Part shown: in pieces, positions 30,362 through 40,495 of the stretch | Position numbering within the stretch: position 1 is the first letter of the stretch | Layout of the letters: every line of letters begins with the position of its first letter | Assembly: GCA_041675145.1 (NCBI GenBank) | Contig: JBAYUK010000002.1 | Span: 216,530 to 280,529 of the forward strand | Source: Patescibacteria group bacterium | Lineage (GTDB): Bacteria; Patescibacteriota; JACPGU01 | Reading direction: 5' to 3' | DNA: 64,000 nt | Translations under genes and position numbers: made by a program | The notes under the pieces: model-generated | Seen by the model: the letters and a program-made list of their open reading frames with translations, nothing else | Told to the model about the DNA's origin: nothing | Databases searched by the model: none

Positions 30362-33217
30362 ATGCAGGATTATATAAAAATACGAGGAGCCAGAGAGCAT
30401 AACCTGAAGAATATCGATTTAGATATCCCGCGCAACAAACTAGTAGTTATTACAGGGTTATCTGGTTCAGGTAAGAGTAGTCTTGCCTTTGACACGCTCT
30501 ATGCAGAGGGACAAAGACGCTATGTTGAATCGCTTTCTAGTTACGCTCGGCAATTTTTAGGTCTCATGGAGAAGCCAGACGTCGATTCTATCGAAGGACT
30601 TTCTCCCGCTATTTCAATAGATCAGAAATCAGCAACAAGCAACCCTCGTTCAACTGTTGGAACCGTTACAGAGATTTATGACTACTTACGAGTACTCTAT
30701 GCCCGAGTCGGGGATGTATTCTGTCCTGAATGTGGAAACCTAGTTGTGTCTCAAACTGTGCAGGAGATGGTAGATTTTGTTATGCAAGAGAAGAAGGGTA
30801 CGAAGCTTATGATTCTATCTCCTATGGTACGAGACGAAAAAGGAGAACATAAGCACGTATTTGCCAAGATTAAAAAAGAAGGATTTGTTCGTATGAGAGT
30901 AGATTCGGTGGTTATGGACGCAGATGAAGAAGTCACAATAGATAAGAAGAAGAAACACGCAATAGATATCGTAGTAGATCGTATTGTATTGGAGTGGGAG
31001 AGTGATGAGGATAAGAATCAGCTACGAATTAGGCTACACGACTCGTTTGAAACAGCACTTCGGTACAGTGCTGGAGTTGTTGGGATAGTAAATGTAGATA
31101 CAAAAGCCGAGACTACATTATCTGAAAATTTCTCGTGCCCGAACTGTCATACGCAACTACCTGAAATATCGCCTCGTATATTTTCGTTTAACTCGCCACA
31201 TGGAGCGTGTTCTCACTGTAGTGGGCTTGGAAGAACTTTGGAAATTGATGAACAATTAGTTTTTCCAAATAAAAAACTGACCATTGCGGAAGGGGCAATT
31301 AGACCATGGAGTAGAACTACAACTAACGCTTCATGGAATATAAAAATTTTGGAAGTAGTTGGTAAGAAATACGGATTCACCGTGAATCAGCCGATTGAAA
31401 AAATGTCTAAGAAAGCACTTGATATTGTTATGCAGGGAACTGGTGATGAGAAATATGTTATTCGTTACAAAACTGCTCTTGGTCGTATTAATGAGTATGG
31501 TGCAACCTACGAAGGGGTAGTGCCTAACCTCATGCGTCGCTTCAAAGAAACTGATAGTGATGCAGCACGGCAAGATATAGAGAGATATATGAGAGAGCGC
31601 ATATGCCCGGTATGTCATGGTAAGCGACTAAAGAAAGAAATTTTAGGAATTAAGGTAGGCGATCGGTCAATCGATATGGTAGTAGAGGACACGGTAGACG
31701 GAGCTTTGGATTTCTTTAAGGCCCTACCAAAAAACCTCACAGATAAAAAACAGTTTATTGCCAAGCAGCTCGTGGCAGAAATTACGGCACGACTATCATT
31801 CTTACACGATGTGGGATTGTCGTACTTAACCATAGATCGTGGTGCAGCAACTCTCTCGGGCGGAGAAGCGCAGCGAATTCGTCTTGCTACGCAGATCGGG
31901 TCAGGTTTAACAGGAGTACTCTATATCCTAGACGAACCAACTATGGGACTCCACCAACGGGATACAAATAAGTTAGTTAAGACATTACTTCATTTGCGTG
32001 ACCTAGATAATACTGTGATAGTTGTCGAGCATGACGAACAGGTAATGATGGCATCTGACCATTTGATAGATATTGGTCCTGGTGCAGGAGAGCATGGAGG
32101 GCAAGTAATGGCACAGGGAACTCCTGAAGAAATAAAGAATAATAAGAAATCACTTACTGGAAAATACCTCTCGGGGTACCAGTCGGTTGCCATTCCAAAA
32201 AAACGTCGTCATGGTAACGGAAAGAGCCTCACCATCATAGGTGCTACTGAGCACAATCTAAAAGATATCGATGTGAGTATCCCGCTTGGAATGTTTGTGG
32301 CCGTAACGGGAGTTTCAGGGTCTGGTAAATCAAGTCTTGTAAATGAGATCTTAGCAAAACGACTCGCTGAGGAATATCATAACTCGCAACAAGAAGTAGG
32401 AAAGTGCCGTGAGATACAAGGTATAGAGAATCTCGATAAGGTGATTAATATCGATCAGTCTCCAATTGGAAGATCACCTCGTAGCAACCCTGCAACGTAT
32501 ACGGGTATTTTCACGACTATTCGTGAGTTATTTACCGCGACTATAGATGCAAAGGCCAGAGGCTACAAAGAGGGAAGATTTAGTTTTAATGTAAAAGGTG
32601 GCCGTTGTGAAGCATGTTCTGGTGACGGAGTGAATAAAATTGAAATGCACTTCTTGCCCGACGTCTATGTTACATGCGAGGTGTGTAACGGAAAGAGATA
32701 TAATCGTGAGGTATTAGAGGTCTACTATAAAGATAAGAACATTGCAGACGTGTTAAGTATGACAGTTACGGAAGCGGCAGAATTCTTTAAGAATATCCCA
32801 ACCCTCCATACTAAGCTTTCTGTACTACAAGAAATTGGTCTTGGATATATCCGCCTAGGACAAAGTGCTACCACGCTTTCTGGCGGAGAAGCACAAAGAA
32901 TTAAACTTGCTTCAGAGCTATCTCGTCGTGCTACTGGTAAGACTCTGTACATTCTTGATGAGCCTACTACAGGGCTACACTTTGATGATATCTCTCGACT
33001 ACTCATTGTGTTGCAAGCACTCGTCGATAAAGGAAATAGTGTGCTGGTAATTGAACATAGTCTTGATGTTATTAAGGTGTGTGACTGGGTTATTGACCTT
33101 GGGCCTGAGGGGGGTAATGGTGGTGGTCAGATAGTAGCACAAGGTACACCGGAAGATATTGTGAAAGTTTCTAAAAGTCACACAGGGCAATATCTTAAGC
33201 CACATCTCAAGGACTAA
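30362..33217 (+). CDS. uvrA: Excinuclease ABC subunit A
   Basis: GAREHNLKN, two Walker A motifs ([16 protein letters not shown]), two LSGGEAQRI signatures, Zn fingers. Confidence 0.98.
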   Translation: MQDYIKIRGAREHNLKNIDLDIPRNKLVVITGLSGSGKSSLAFDTLYAEGQRRYVESLSSYARQFLGLMEKPDVDSIEGLSPAISIDQKSATSNPRSTVGTVTEIYDYLRVLYARVGDVFCPECGNLVVSQTVQEMVDFVMQEKKGTKLMILSPMVRDEKGEHKHVFAKIKKEGFVRMRVDSVVMDADEEVTIDKKKKHAIDIVVDRIVLEWESDEDKNQLRIRLHDSFETALRYSAGVVGIVNVDTKAETTLSENFSCPNCHTQLPEISPRIFSFNSPHGACSHCSGLGRTLEIDEQLVFPNKKLTIAEGAIRPWSRTTTNASWNIKILEVVGKKYGFTVNQPIEKMSKKALDIVMQGTGDEKYVIRYKTALGRINEYGATYEGVVPNLMRRFKETDSDAARQDIERYMRERICPVCHGKRLKKEILGIKVGDRSIDMVVEDTVDGALDFFKALPKNLTDKKQFIAKQLVAEITARLSFLHDVGLSYLTIDRGAATLSGGEAQRIRLATQIGSGLTGVLYILDEPTMGLHQRDTNKLVKTLLHLRDLDNTVIVVEHDEQVMMASDHLIDIGPGAGEHGGQVMAQGTPEEIKNNKKSLTGKYLSGYQSVAIPKKRRHGNGKSLTIIGATEHNLKDIDVSIPLGMFVAVTGVSGSGKSSLVNEILAKRLAEEYHNSQQEVGKCREIQGIENLDKVINIDQSPIGRSPRSNPATYTGIFTTIRELFTATIDAKARGYKEGRFSFNVKGGRCEACSGDGVNKIEMHFLPDVYVTCEVCNGKRYNREVLEVYYKDKNIADVLSMTVTEAAEFFKNIPTLHTKLSVLQEIGLGYIRLGQSATTLSGGEAQRIKLASELSRRATGKTLYILDEPTTGLHFDDISRLLIVLQALVDKGNSVLVIEHSLDVIKVCDWVIDLGPEGGNGGGQIVAQGTPEDIVKVSKSHTGQYLKPHLKD

Positions 33218-33233
33218 CTTAAATGTTTGCAAT

Positions 33234-33680
33234 AAAAAAAGCAGGGAAGTATAAAAGGGGTACATATGGCCGAGGCCAGATGGTGGGATAAAATCCCGGT
33301 CTTTTATTACTTCGCCTGCTTTTAAGTAGGGAGCCATTAGTTTATGTATGCTGATATGGGTTGTACTTCGCCGAAGCGATGGGCTACGAAGGCTCACGAA
33401 GGAGCAGCAATTCATAGGACAAACCCTGCATAAAAAAACGTTGAGGCTGAACCTCCTTCCAATCAATCCCGCCTTGAGCGGGCTATTTGAGTCCGCCCAA
33501 AGTGAGTTTGGGTTGGATTGAGGGGTGCATGCGGGGAAGCGTGACACGAACCTCAGAGGAAGGAAGATGGGTGTATGGCCCGAATTAACGGGTATACCCT
33601 ATACGAGGGAGAAGTATACACCCATTTTCCTGTCTCTGAGGCTATTTTTTAAGACTTTTTCCTAGTTTTTGCCTAGGTAC
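33234..33680 (-). ncRNA. Candidate ~445-nt structured non-coding RNA of unknown family
   Basis: Four long stem domains with capping hairpins, own TTGACA-17-TACATT promoter, ends in stem + U7, no credible ORF. Confidence 0.6.
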
Positions 33681-33685
33681 GAAAC

Positions 33686-33714
33686 AATGTAACATACTTT
33701 TTTACCTGTGTCAA
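33686..33714 (-). promoter_or_regulatory. Strong sigma70-type promoter facing the structured region
   Basis: Minus strand TTGACA (33714-33709)-17nt-TACATT (33691-33686) with extended TGn. Confidence 0.75.
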
Positions 33715-33740
33715 CAAGATTTTTTAAAACAGTAGTATAT

Positions 33741-33769
33741 TTGTCTTTTTAGCCAAGTAGCGATATGAT
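33741..33769 (+). promoter_or_regulatory. recG promoter (divergent from the candidate ncRNA)
   Basis: TTGTCT-17nt-TATGAT. Confidence 0.6.
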
Positions 33770-33799
33770 GGATGTATATTTTTCCATGATTTATATCTC

Positions 33800-35899
33800 A
33801 TGAATACGATTACGCTCCAGTCTTCTATACGTGATTTACCAGGTGTAGGAGAAAAGACTTTTGAGAAGATTTCTCACCTCGGTCTTGCAACTGTGTACGA
33901 TCTTTTGTATTACTTTCCATACCGCTGGGAGGACTTTTCTCGTGTTGAGCCCATTGGGAAGTTGCAGTCAAACCAAACCGTAACGGTAATTGGGCTTGTT
34001 GCTGCGGTGAGTAAGAGGAGACTGAGGGGCAGAAAGGTATTAGTGGAAATTGCTCTTAGAGATGATACTGGCGTTGTGAGACTAATTTGGTTTAACCAGG
34101 GATACAGAGCGGGGGCGTATAGCGAAGGAGACAAGCTTGTTGTAAGGGGAAAGGTCAGTATTTCGCCGAGGGGTTTTCAGATGATGCATCCAATGTGTGA
34201 AAAGATCGCAAGTGACTTGGATATACACAACGGTGATATTGTTCCTATATATAGCGTCACACAGGGAGTTAATACAACGCTGCTTTCAAAGCTTGTAAAA
34301 GGCGTTATATCGAAGGCAAATGATATACAGGACGACCTACCGGAGGTAGTAAGAAAAGAAGAAGGTCTCGCACCTCTTTCTCGTGCTATACGAGATATAC
34401 ATGTTCCAAAAGATCTAGTAAGTCTTGAAGATGCTAAGGTACGACTAGCGTTTGACGAGATGCTTATGATTCACCTGCGTCTACTTTTAAATAAAAAGAA
34501 TAATCAGGAGAAACAGGCGCCTCACATTTCCTTTGACTTAGCGGTAATGAAACATTTTCTGTCTCACCTTCCATATGAGTTAACACCAGATCAGAAAAAA
34601 GTAACGTGGCAGATCATGCAGGACATAGGCTCTACAACTCCGATGAATAGATTGGTTGAAGGGGATGTGGGTAGCGGAAAGACGGTAGTAGTAGCATCGG
34701 TGATGGCGATGGTGTCACATAGCGGGTATCAGACGGCACTTATGGTTCCAACCGAGATTCTTGCTCGTCAGCACTTCAAAAATATTGTAGCAATGTTTGG
34801 TGAGTCAGACCTTTCTATTGGTTTGTGTGTAGGCAAGGAGTGCTTGGTATGGGACAATAAGAATGGTGTTACTCAGTCTTCTCGAAAAGAATTTGTTGCA
34901 AAGTTAGGTAGTGGTGAAATAGGAATAGTAACGGGTACGCATACACTATTCTCTGATGATGTTGTATATAGTAAGTTGGGGTTAGTGTGTGTGGACGAGC
35001 AACACCGCTTTGGTGTTAACCAGAGACTACGGTTAAAAGAAAAGACAAAGAATATGGGAGAGGAGTACTCGCCTCATTTTCTATCTCTAACTGCCACTCC
35101 TATACCACGGACCCTCGCGCTCTCTCTTTACGGAGACTTGGATATATCAATGATAAAAAGTAGGCCGGCCAGTCGTAAAACAATCATCTCGATATTCATT
35201 ACACAGACTAAAAGGAAAGACGCGTACAAGCTCGTTTCTGGGCAAATAGATTCAGGTTCACAAGTCTTTGTTGTCTGTCCGTTGGTTCAAGAAATAGAGG
35301 GAGAGTCAGAAGCTATTGATGAAAGAAAAGCTGTACTTTCTGAGGTGCAAAAGTTAACGCAGTTATTCCCAGATTATGAAGTTTGTGCAATTCACGGTAA
35401 AATGAAGAAAGAGGAGCAGGAGAGTGTAATGCAGGAGTTTAGAGATGGAAAGACAAAAATTCTGGTAGCATCATCTGTTATTGAAGTGGGTATAGATATA
35501 CCGAACGCAACCGTCATCATGATTGAGAACGCAGAACGGTTTGGACTCTCGCAGCTTCATCAGTTACGAGGTCGTGTTGGAAGAGGGGAAAAACAGTCGT
35601 ACTGTCTAGTGTCCTCTGGAACTACTGATCCTGATGCAAACGAAAGGTTAGAAATGTTTGTAAAAATATCAGATGGTTTCGAGCTTGCTGAGTATGACCT
35701 ACAGAATCGTGGCCCTGGGGAATTCTGGGGATACGAACAGTCTGGTTTTGCAAAGCTTAAGATAGCAAAACTCTCAGATCATGAATTGATAATAAGAACC
35801 CGTTCGGCAGCAAAAAAGACACTCGATATCGGCCTTGCTAAGTTTCCGGGGTTAGTTCAGAGATTAGAATATTACCAGGGTACAGAACATTTTGAATAA
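33800..35899 (+). CDS. recG: ATP-dependent DNA helicase RecG
   Basis: GDVGSGKT, DEQHRFGV, TATPIPRTL, AERFGLSQLHQLRGRVGRG, DLQNRGPG. Confidence 0.97.
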   Translation: MNTITLQSSIRDLPGVGEKTFEKISHLGLATVYDLLYYFPYRWEDFSRVEPIGKLQSNQTVTVIGLVAAVSKRRLRGRKVLVEIALRDDTGVVRLIWFNQGYRAGAYSEGDKLVVRGKVSISPRGFQMMHPMCEKIASDLDIHNGDIVPIYSVTQGVNTTLLSKLVKGVISKANDIQDDLPEVVRKEEGLAPLSRAIRDIHVPKDLVSLEDAKVRLAFDEMLMIHLRLLLNKKNNQEKQAPHISFDLAVMKHFLSHLPYELTPDQKKVTWQIMQDIGSTTPMNRLVEGDVGSGKTVVVASVMAMVSHSGYQTALMVPTEILARQHFKNIVAMFGESDLSIGLCVGKECLVWDNKNGVTQSSRKEFVAKLGSGEIGIVTGTHTLFSDDVVYSKLGLVCVDEQHRFGVNQRLRLKEKTKNMGEEYSPHFLSLTATPIPRTLALSLYGDLDISMIKSRPASRKTIISIFITQTKRKDAYKLVSGQIDSGSQVFVVCPLVQEIEGESEAIDERKAVLSEVQKLTQLFPDYEVCAIHGKMKKEEQESVMQEFRDGKTKILVASSVIEVGIDIPNATVIMIENAERFGLSQLHQLRGRVGRGEKQSYCLVSSGTTDPDANERLEMFVKISDGFELAEYDLQNRGPGEFWGYEQSGFAKLKIAKLSDHELIIRTRSAAKKTLDIGLAKFPGLVQRLEYYQGTEHFE

Positions 35900-35906
35900 A
35901 TAACTT

Positions 35907-36446
35907 ATGAAAATAATTGAAGGAAAGTTTTCGGACAAGCATATCACATATCGGGCGCGAGAAGGGCAGAGAGTGACTGGAGAGAAGGTAAGAAAGGCAG
36001 TCTTTGATATGCTAAAACAATATATAGATTTTAACGGCGCCTCAATTGCAGATGTATTTGCTGGAAGTGGTATTTATGGCTTTGAGGCAATGAGTCGTGG
36101 TGGAGCGCTTTGTACTTTTGTAGATAACAGCCGCGAAGGTATAAAATATATAAAAGAAACCATAGAGTACTTTGGACTCAAGAATACAACCACACCTCTC
36201 TGTACGACCTGGGATAGGTTCATTTCACAAAATACAACAGAGTTTAATATAGTTTTTTTGGATCCACCTTATTTTGATTTTGACTTCGAGAAGCTCTCAG
36301 GAGTAGACGCCTTAGTGAAGTCCGGCGGGATAGTGGTGATTGAATCAAGTAAGAAAATAAAGTTGCCAGTGATGGCTGAGAGTATGATTCAGCTCGAGAC
36401 GAGAACATATGGTGATGTGAGGGTAGATTTCTTTCGAAAAAAATAA
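35907..36446 (+). CDS. rsmD: 16S rRNA m2G966 methyltransferase RsmD
   Basis: MKIIEGKF, KVRKAVF, DVFAGSG..GFEAMSRG, FLDPPY. Confidence 0.9.
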   Translation: MKIIEGKFSDKHITYRAREGQRVTGEKVRKAVFDMLKQYIDFNGASIADVFAGSGIYGFEAMSRGGALCTFVDNSREGIKYIKETIEYFGLKNTTTPLCTTWDRFISQNTTEFNIVFLDPPYFDFDFEKLSGVDALVKSGGIVVIESSKKIKLPVMAESMIQLETRTYGDVRVDFFRKK

Positions 36447-36475
36447 CATAAAATTATAATAAAATACAAATCTCT

Positions 36476-37187
36476 ATGCTGGAGGGCTGGAAGAATAAGA
36501 TTGCGCTATATTTTGAGGAACATCGCTTCCACATTGGTTATGTTTTGGTTAGCCTGGTGCTTATCACTAGCGTATCGTTATGGATTTATGGGGAGTGGGT
36601 AGTGCGAGTTCAGGCCTTTGAAGCGAAGATTGATCAGAAGATCGAGCAGTCGCAAGAAGATGATGTTAGTGCTATTTCAAATCTAGGTAGTAGTGAGGAT
36701 ACTGAGAAGAGAGAGATAATCTTCGATATCGAGGGTGCAGTTCGGCGCCCAGGGGTATATTAGATTGCCTTCGGATAGTGTAATATCTGACGCATTAGAG
36801 GCCTCAGGAGGCCTATCTGAGGAGGCAGACAGGGTGCGTATAGCACGAGAGATGAATCTATCTAGCCAGATTGGAAATCACACCAAACTATATATGTTTG
36901 CTCTGTACGACCGTGATGTCCCAGTAATTTCACCAGTTAAGGCTACAGATACGGTAAAGACAAGTACTACGGGAGGGTCGGTAAGTAGTTCAGGTGTGGT
37001 GAACCTTAACTCGGCGACACTGACTGAGCTCGACGGCTTGCCAAGTGTAGGGCCGGTAACTGCCCAGAAGATTATCGACTGGAGAGACGACAACGGAGGC
37101 TTTAAATCGGTAGATGATCTCAAGCAAGTAAAGGGGATTGGAGATGCTCTCTTTGAAAAAATCAAAGATCATGTTACAGTAGATTAA
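36476..37187 (+). pseudogene. comEA: ComEA-family DNA uptake protein interrupted by a +1 frameshift at 36758-36763
   Basis: TM anchor, SLBB 'DIEGAVRRPGVY|RLPSDSVISDALEASGG', HhH 'VNLNSAT..ELDGLPSVGPVTAQKII.WR...GGFKSVDDL.QVKGIG'. One extra T creates a TAG. Confidence 0.85.
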
Positions 37188-37229
37188 AATACGTATGTGC
37201 TTCTCGCCCGCCTTCTGGTGGGCGACTTT

Positions 37230-37311
37230 GCCCGGGTGGTGAAACTGGTAGACACGCATGGCTTAGGACCATGTGCCGCAAGGCTTGAAGGTTCGAGTCC
37301 TTTCCCGGGCA
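37230..37311 (+). tRNA. tRNA-Leu(TAG)
   Basis: GCCCGGG/CCCGGGC acceptor, CATGG-CTTAGGA-CCATG anticodon arm, long variable arm. Confidence 0.96.
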
Positions 37312-37317
37312 TTATTC

Positions 37318-37343
37318 AAAAGACAACCCTAGGGTTGTCTTTT
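37318..37343 (+). terminator. Terminator (perfect 26-bp palindrome) after tRNA-Leu
   Basis: AAAAGACAACCCT|AGGGTTGTCTTTT. Confidence 0.75.
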
Positions 37344-37466
37344 ACTATGTCTTAAAAAGATTTTTTGTGAGGCATTAGACCCAAAAAAGTTAGTTTTCCA
37401 CAAAATCGGAGAAAAATTCATCTGGACTGGGATCCCATCCGTGGTGGTAGTATGATTGAGCAAGGC

Positions 37467-37514
37467 AAACTACAAATGGTAGGTAAATGATACCTACCAT
37501 ACAATATATTGATT
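37467..37514 (+). promoter_or_regulatory. Tandem NrdR boxes upstream of nrdR-nrdJ
   Basis: ATACAATATATTGATT (37499-37514) and AAACTACAAATGGTAG (37467-37482) resemble acaCwAtATaTwGwgt and are 32 bp apart. Confidence 0.72.
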
Positions 37515-37534
37515 TAACAGGTTAAACAGATCCT

Positions 37535-37984
37535 ATGCAATGTCCGTTATGCCAGGCCGATACAAAGGTCACTAATTCGCGCGAGACAGACTCAGGCCGA
37601 GCTATTAAAAGGCGACGAGAGTGCACTGTCTGTGGCCAACGATTTAGTACCTACGAGCAAATATCTCTCATAGACCTACGGGTGCAAAAACGAGGTGGAG
37701 ATATCCAGCAGTACGACAAGCGTAAGATCGTTAACGGTATCAAGATTGCGGTTCAGAAAAGGCCGATTTCGGAAGAACAGTTTAAAAAAATGATGTTTCT
37801 CATTGAGAATGATATCTTAAACCTCAAAAAAGATGTGATACCGTCCGAGCAAATAGGAAAGATAGTACTAAAAAGACTAGCAGAAATAGATAAAGTGGCA
37901 TATTTGCGGTTTGCATCAATTTACCGGGATTTTAGAACTACAAAGGCTTTTGAAAAAGAAATCCAAAAGCTAGAAAAAGACTAA
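37535..37984 (+). CDS. nrdR: Transcriptional repressor NrdR
   Basis: MQCPLC, TNSR, RRRECTVCGQRFSTYE, ATP-cone, D.VAYLRFASIYRDF. Confidence 0.97.
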   Translation: MQCPLCQADTKVTNSRETDSGRAIKRRRECTVCGQRFSTYEQISLIDLRVQKRGGDIQQYDKRKIVNGIKIAVQKRPISEEQFKKMMFLIENDILNLKKDVIPSEQIGKIVLKRLAEIDKVAYLRFASIYRDFRTTKAFEKEIQKLEKD

Positions 37985-38013
37985 CAACAATATTTAACGT
38001 AACTCCACCTCCT

Positions 38014-40434
38014 ATGAAAGTCCCACAGATAGAAAAAGACCAAATCAATGCAACATTCTCTGAGAATGCTTTGAAGATGATGAAGAAAAGATACTTGATG
38101 CCGTTTGACGACGGTGGTCAGGAAATGCCGGCAGATATGATGGAGCGAGTTGCAAATGCCTTGGCTCTTGTTGAAAAGAAATACAAACACGACCAGAAAT
38201 TTGTAGACCAAGTCGCACGGGATTTTTTTAGCATACTATCGAATAAAGAATATACTCCTGCTGGCCGGACCATGACCAATGTGGGAACTGGAACCCCACT
38301 TATCGCGAACTGTATTGTCTTGCCAATTGAAGATTCAATGGAGAGTATTTTTCAAACTCTTAAAGAAGCCGCTCTTCTTCAGCAGGCGGGTTCTGGACTT
38401 GGCTTCTCTCTATCATCAATGCGCCCGGCTGACTATGAGACAAAGAAATCTCGTGGTCGTGCATCAGGGCCTGTTTCGTTCCTTCGGGTGTATGACACTG
38501 CATTTGGAACGATTAAACAACAGGGAAGACATGGTGCGAACATGGCGATGATGAACATTCACCATCCAGATATCTTAGACTTCATTACGTGTAAAAAGGT
38601 AGAGGGGGATATTCGTAACTTTAATATTTCAGTTACGGTATCAGATGAGTTTATGAAGCAGGTAGTAGAGGCTCCAGATACTCAGTGGTATTGCGACTTT
38701 AAAGGACAAAAAGTAAAGCCACATAGAGTTTTGCGTTACCCAAATGGAGCAACCTATGGTAGTGAAGAGGTAGATATTACTGCTCGCGAACTTTTTAATA
38801 TGATTGTTGAAGGAGCGTGGAAGAACGGTGAACCAGGTATCGTATATATTGACGAAGTAAATCGTACTAACCCGCTTCCAGGTCTTGGAAGAATTGAGAC
38901 ATCTAACCCATGTGGTGAACAGTTCCTGCATCCATATGACAACTGTAACCTAGGGTCAATTAACTTGGCTAAGTTTGTTAGTGACAAACAAGTGAACTGG
39001 GATCGTCTGAAGTTTGTAACTCGAACGTCAGTTCGCATGATGGATAACGTTATTGATTTATTTGACTTTCCGGTACAGCAGGTAACTGATCTTGCTAAAA
39101 ATAATCGGCGTATTGGACTTGGTATTATGGGATTTGCTGATATGCTTTTCCAACTTGAGATTCCATACAACACAGAAAAGGGACGCAAGATGGGGGAACA
39201 AGTCATGAGTTTTATTAACCGCGAAGCGCATCAGATGTCTCAAGAGCTCGCAGTTGAAAAAGGTGAATTTCCTAATACTCATCTCTCTATCTTTGCAAAG
39301 AAGAAAATTAAAATGCGTAACGCAGCACTTACTACTGTTGCTCCTACTGGTTCAATCTCGATGATGTTAGATTGTTCGTCGGGTCTTGAGCCAATCTTCG
39401 CACTGTACTTTGTGAAGCAAGACAAAGATGGCGTGAAGTATAACTACATGAATGAGTATCTCGAGAAGGCTATTGCTCGTTTGAACCTATCTGAGACTCA
39501 GAAGAAGGAAGTGATGGATGCATTAATTGCTGGTGGTAGTATTCAGAGCGTTTCGTTTTTGCCGAAGACTATTCGTGACACCTTCGTTACTGCGATGGAA
39601 ATATCTGGAGAGGATCACATGAAAATGCAGGCTGCTTTCCAGAAGCATGTCGACAACTCTATCTCAAAGACAATTAACCTACCAAACTCAGCAACTCACG
39701 AAGATGTATATAACGGATTTATTTCTGCTTGGAAACTGAAGTGTAAGAGTTGTACTGTATATCGTGACGGTAGCCGTATGATCCAGGTTCTCCATGTTGG
39801 TAAGAAAGATAATATTCTCTCAACAACATCAGGATTTGGCGCTTCTCAAAGTACTGAAGAGAAAGCAACAGCAGAGGACACCTCAATGCGCCTGGATATG
39901 GATCGTGTTCGTCTCAAGCCACGAGTTCGTCCTGATGTTATGACCGGTAAGACATATAAGCTTAAGACTGGATACGGAACGCTGTATGTCACTATAAATG
40001 ATGATGAGACTGGTGTGCCATTTGAAGTATTCGCTTCAATGGGAAAGACTGGTGGGTACTTCCAGGAACAATCAGAAGCACTATGTCGACTCATCTCTCT
40101 CTCGCTTCGTTCTGGAATTAAAATTGAAGCAATCATTGATGACCTAAAGGGTATTCGTGGTCCAATGCCGATCTTCACCAACAAGGGTCTTATTCTTTCA
40201 CTTCCGGATGCAATAGGTCAAATCATGGCAGAGCATGTAACGGGAGCACGTGAAATGGAGCACGTACTTGCAAAGCCTGATGGACAAGAGGCGCTACCGA
40301 TGATGGAGGAGACAAAGGTTGCTACCATTGCTGATACTGGATTTATGCCCGGATGCCCTGATTGTGGGAATACCCTAACGATGGCAGAAGGATGTATTTC
40401 ATGTAAAGCATGTGGCTTCTCTCGATGTGGCTAG
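38014..40434 (+). CDS. nrdJ: Class II (adenosylcobalamin-dependent) ribonucleotide reductase with C-terminal TSCPD/Zn-ribbon domain
   Basis: ANCIVL, NPCGEQ.L...CNLG, RRIGLG.MG, TVAPTG, DNSISKTINLP, VYRDGSR, C-terminal CPDC...C..CGFSRC. No beta subunit gene adjacent. Confidence 0.94.
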   Translation: MKVPQIEKDQINATFSENALKMMKKRYLMPFDDGGQEMPADMMERVANALALVEKKYKHDQKFVDQVARDFFSILSNKEYTPAGRTMTNVGTGTPLIANCIVLPIEDSMESIFQTLKEAALLQQAGSGLGFSLSSMRPADYETKKSRGRASGPVSFLRVYDTAFGTIKQQGRHGANMAMMNIHHPDILDFITCKKVEGDIRNFNISVTVSDEFMKQVVEAPDTQWYCDFKGQKVKPHRVLRYPNGATYGSEEVDITARELFNMIVEGAWKNGEPGIVYIDEVNRTNPLPGLGRIETSNPCGEQFLHPYDNCNLGSINLAKFVSDKQVNWDRLKFVTRTSVRMMDNVIDLFDFPVQQVTDLAKNNRRIGLGIMGFADMLFQLEIPYNTEKGRKMGEQVMSFINREAHQMSQELAVEKGEFPNTHLSIFAKKKIKMRNAALTTVAPTGSISMMLDCSSGLEPIFALYFVKQDKDGVKYNYMNEYLEKAIARLNLSETQKKEVMDALIAGGSIQSVSFLPKTIRDTFVTAMEISGEDHMKMQAAFQKHVDNSISKTINLPNSATHEDVYNGFISAWKLKCKSCTVYRDGSRMIQVLHVGKKDNILSTTSGFGASQSTEEKATAEDTSMRLDMDRVRLKPRVRPDVMTGKTYKLKTGYGTLYVTINDDETGVPFEVFASMGKTGGYFQEQSEALCRLISLSLRSGIKIEAIIDDLKGIRGPMPIFTNKGLILSLPDAIGQIMAEHVTGAREMEHVLAKPDGQEALPMMEETKVATIADTGFMPGCPDCGNTLTMAEGCISCKACGFSRCG

Positions 40435-40464
40435 GAAGGTACGTTGAAGTACCAAACATGATAG

Positions 40465-40495
40465 AAAAATCGGACTACAAAAAGTCCGATTTTTT
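40465..40495 (+). terminator. Intrinsic terminator after nrdJ
   Basis: AAAAATCGGACT-ACAAAA-AGTCCGATTTTTT. Confidence 0.8.

Noticed and set aside
32999-33547. 182-aa minus-strand ORF over the structured region and the uvrA 3' end
   Set aside because: GTG start without RBS, antisense overlap with uvrA, and no recognisable motifs. Likely a shadow ORF.
33234-33680. RNase P RNA, tmRNA, SRP RNA or 6S RNA as the identity of the structured region
   Set aside because: No GAGGAAAGUCC/AACCCGGCUUA pair and no tRNA-like ends with UUCG(A)..CCA. The stretch AGGCTCACGAAGGAGCAGC resembles SRP helix 8 only loosely (no GNRA-capped 3-bp stem). The length and multi-branch layout do not fit 6S. An Rfam scan is still needed.
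9465-37343. Integrated element or prophage at the tRNA genes
   Set aside because: No integrase, no duplicated tRNA 3' end seen, and the flanking genes are housekeeping or envelope genes.
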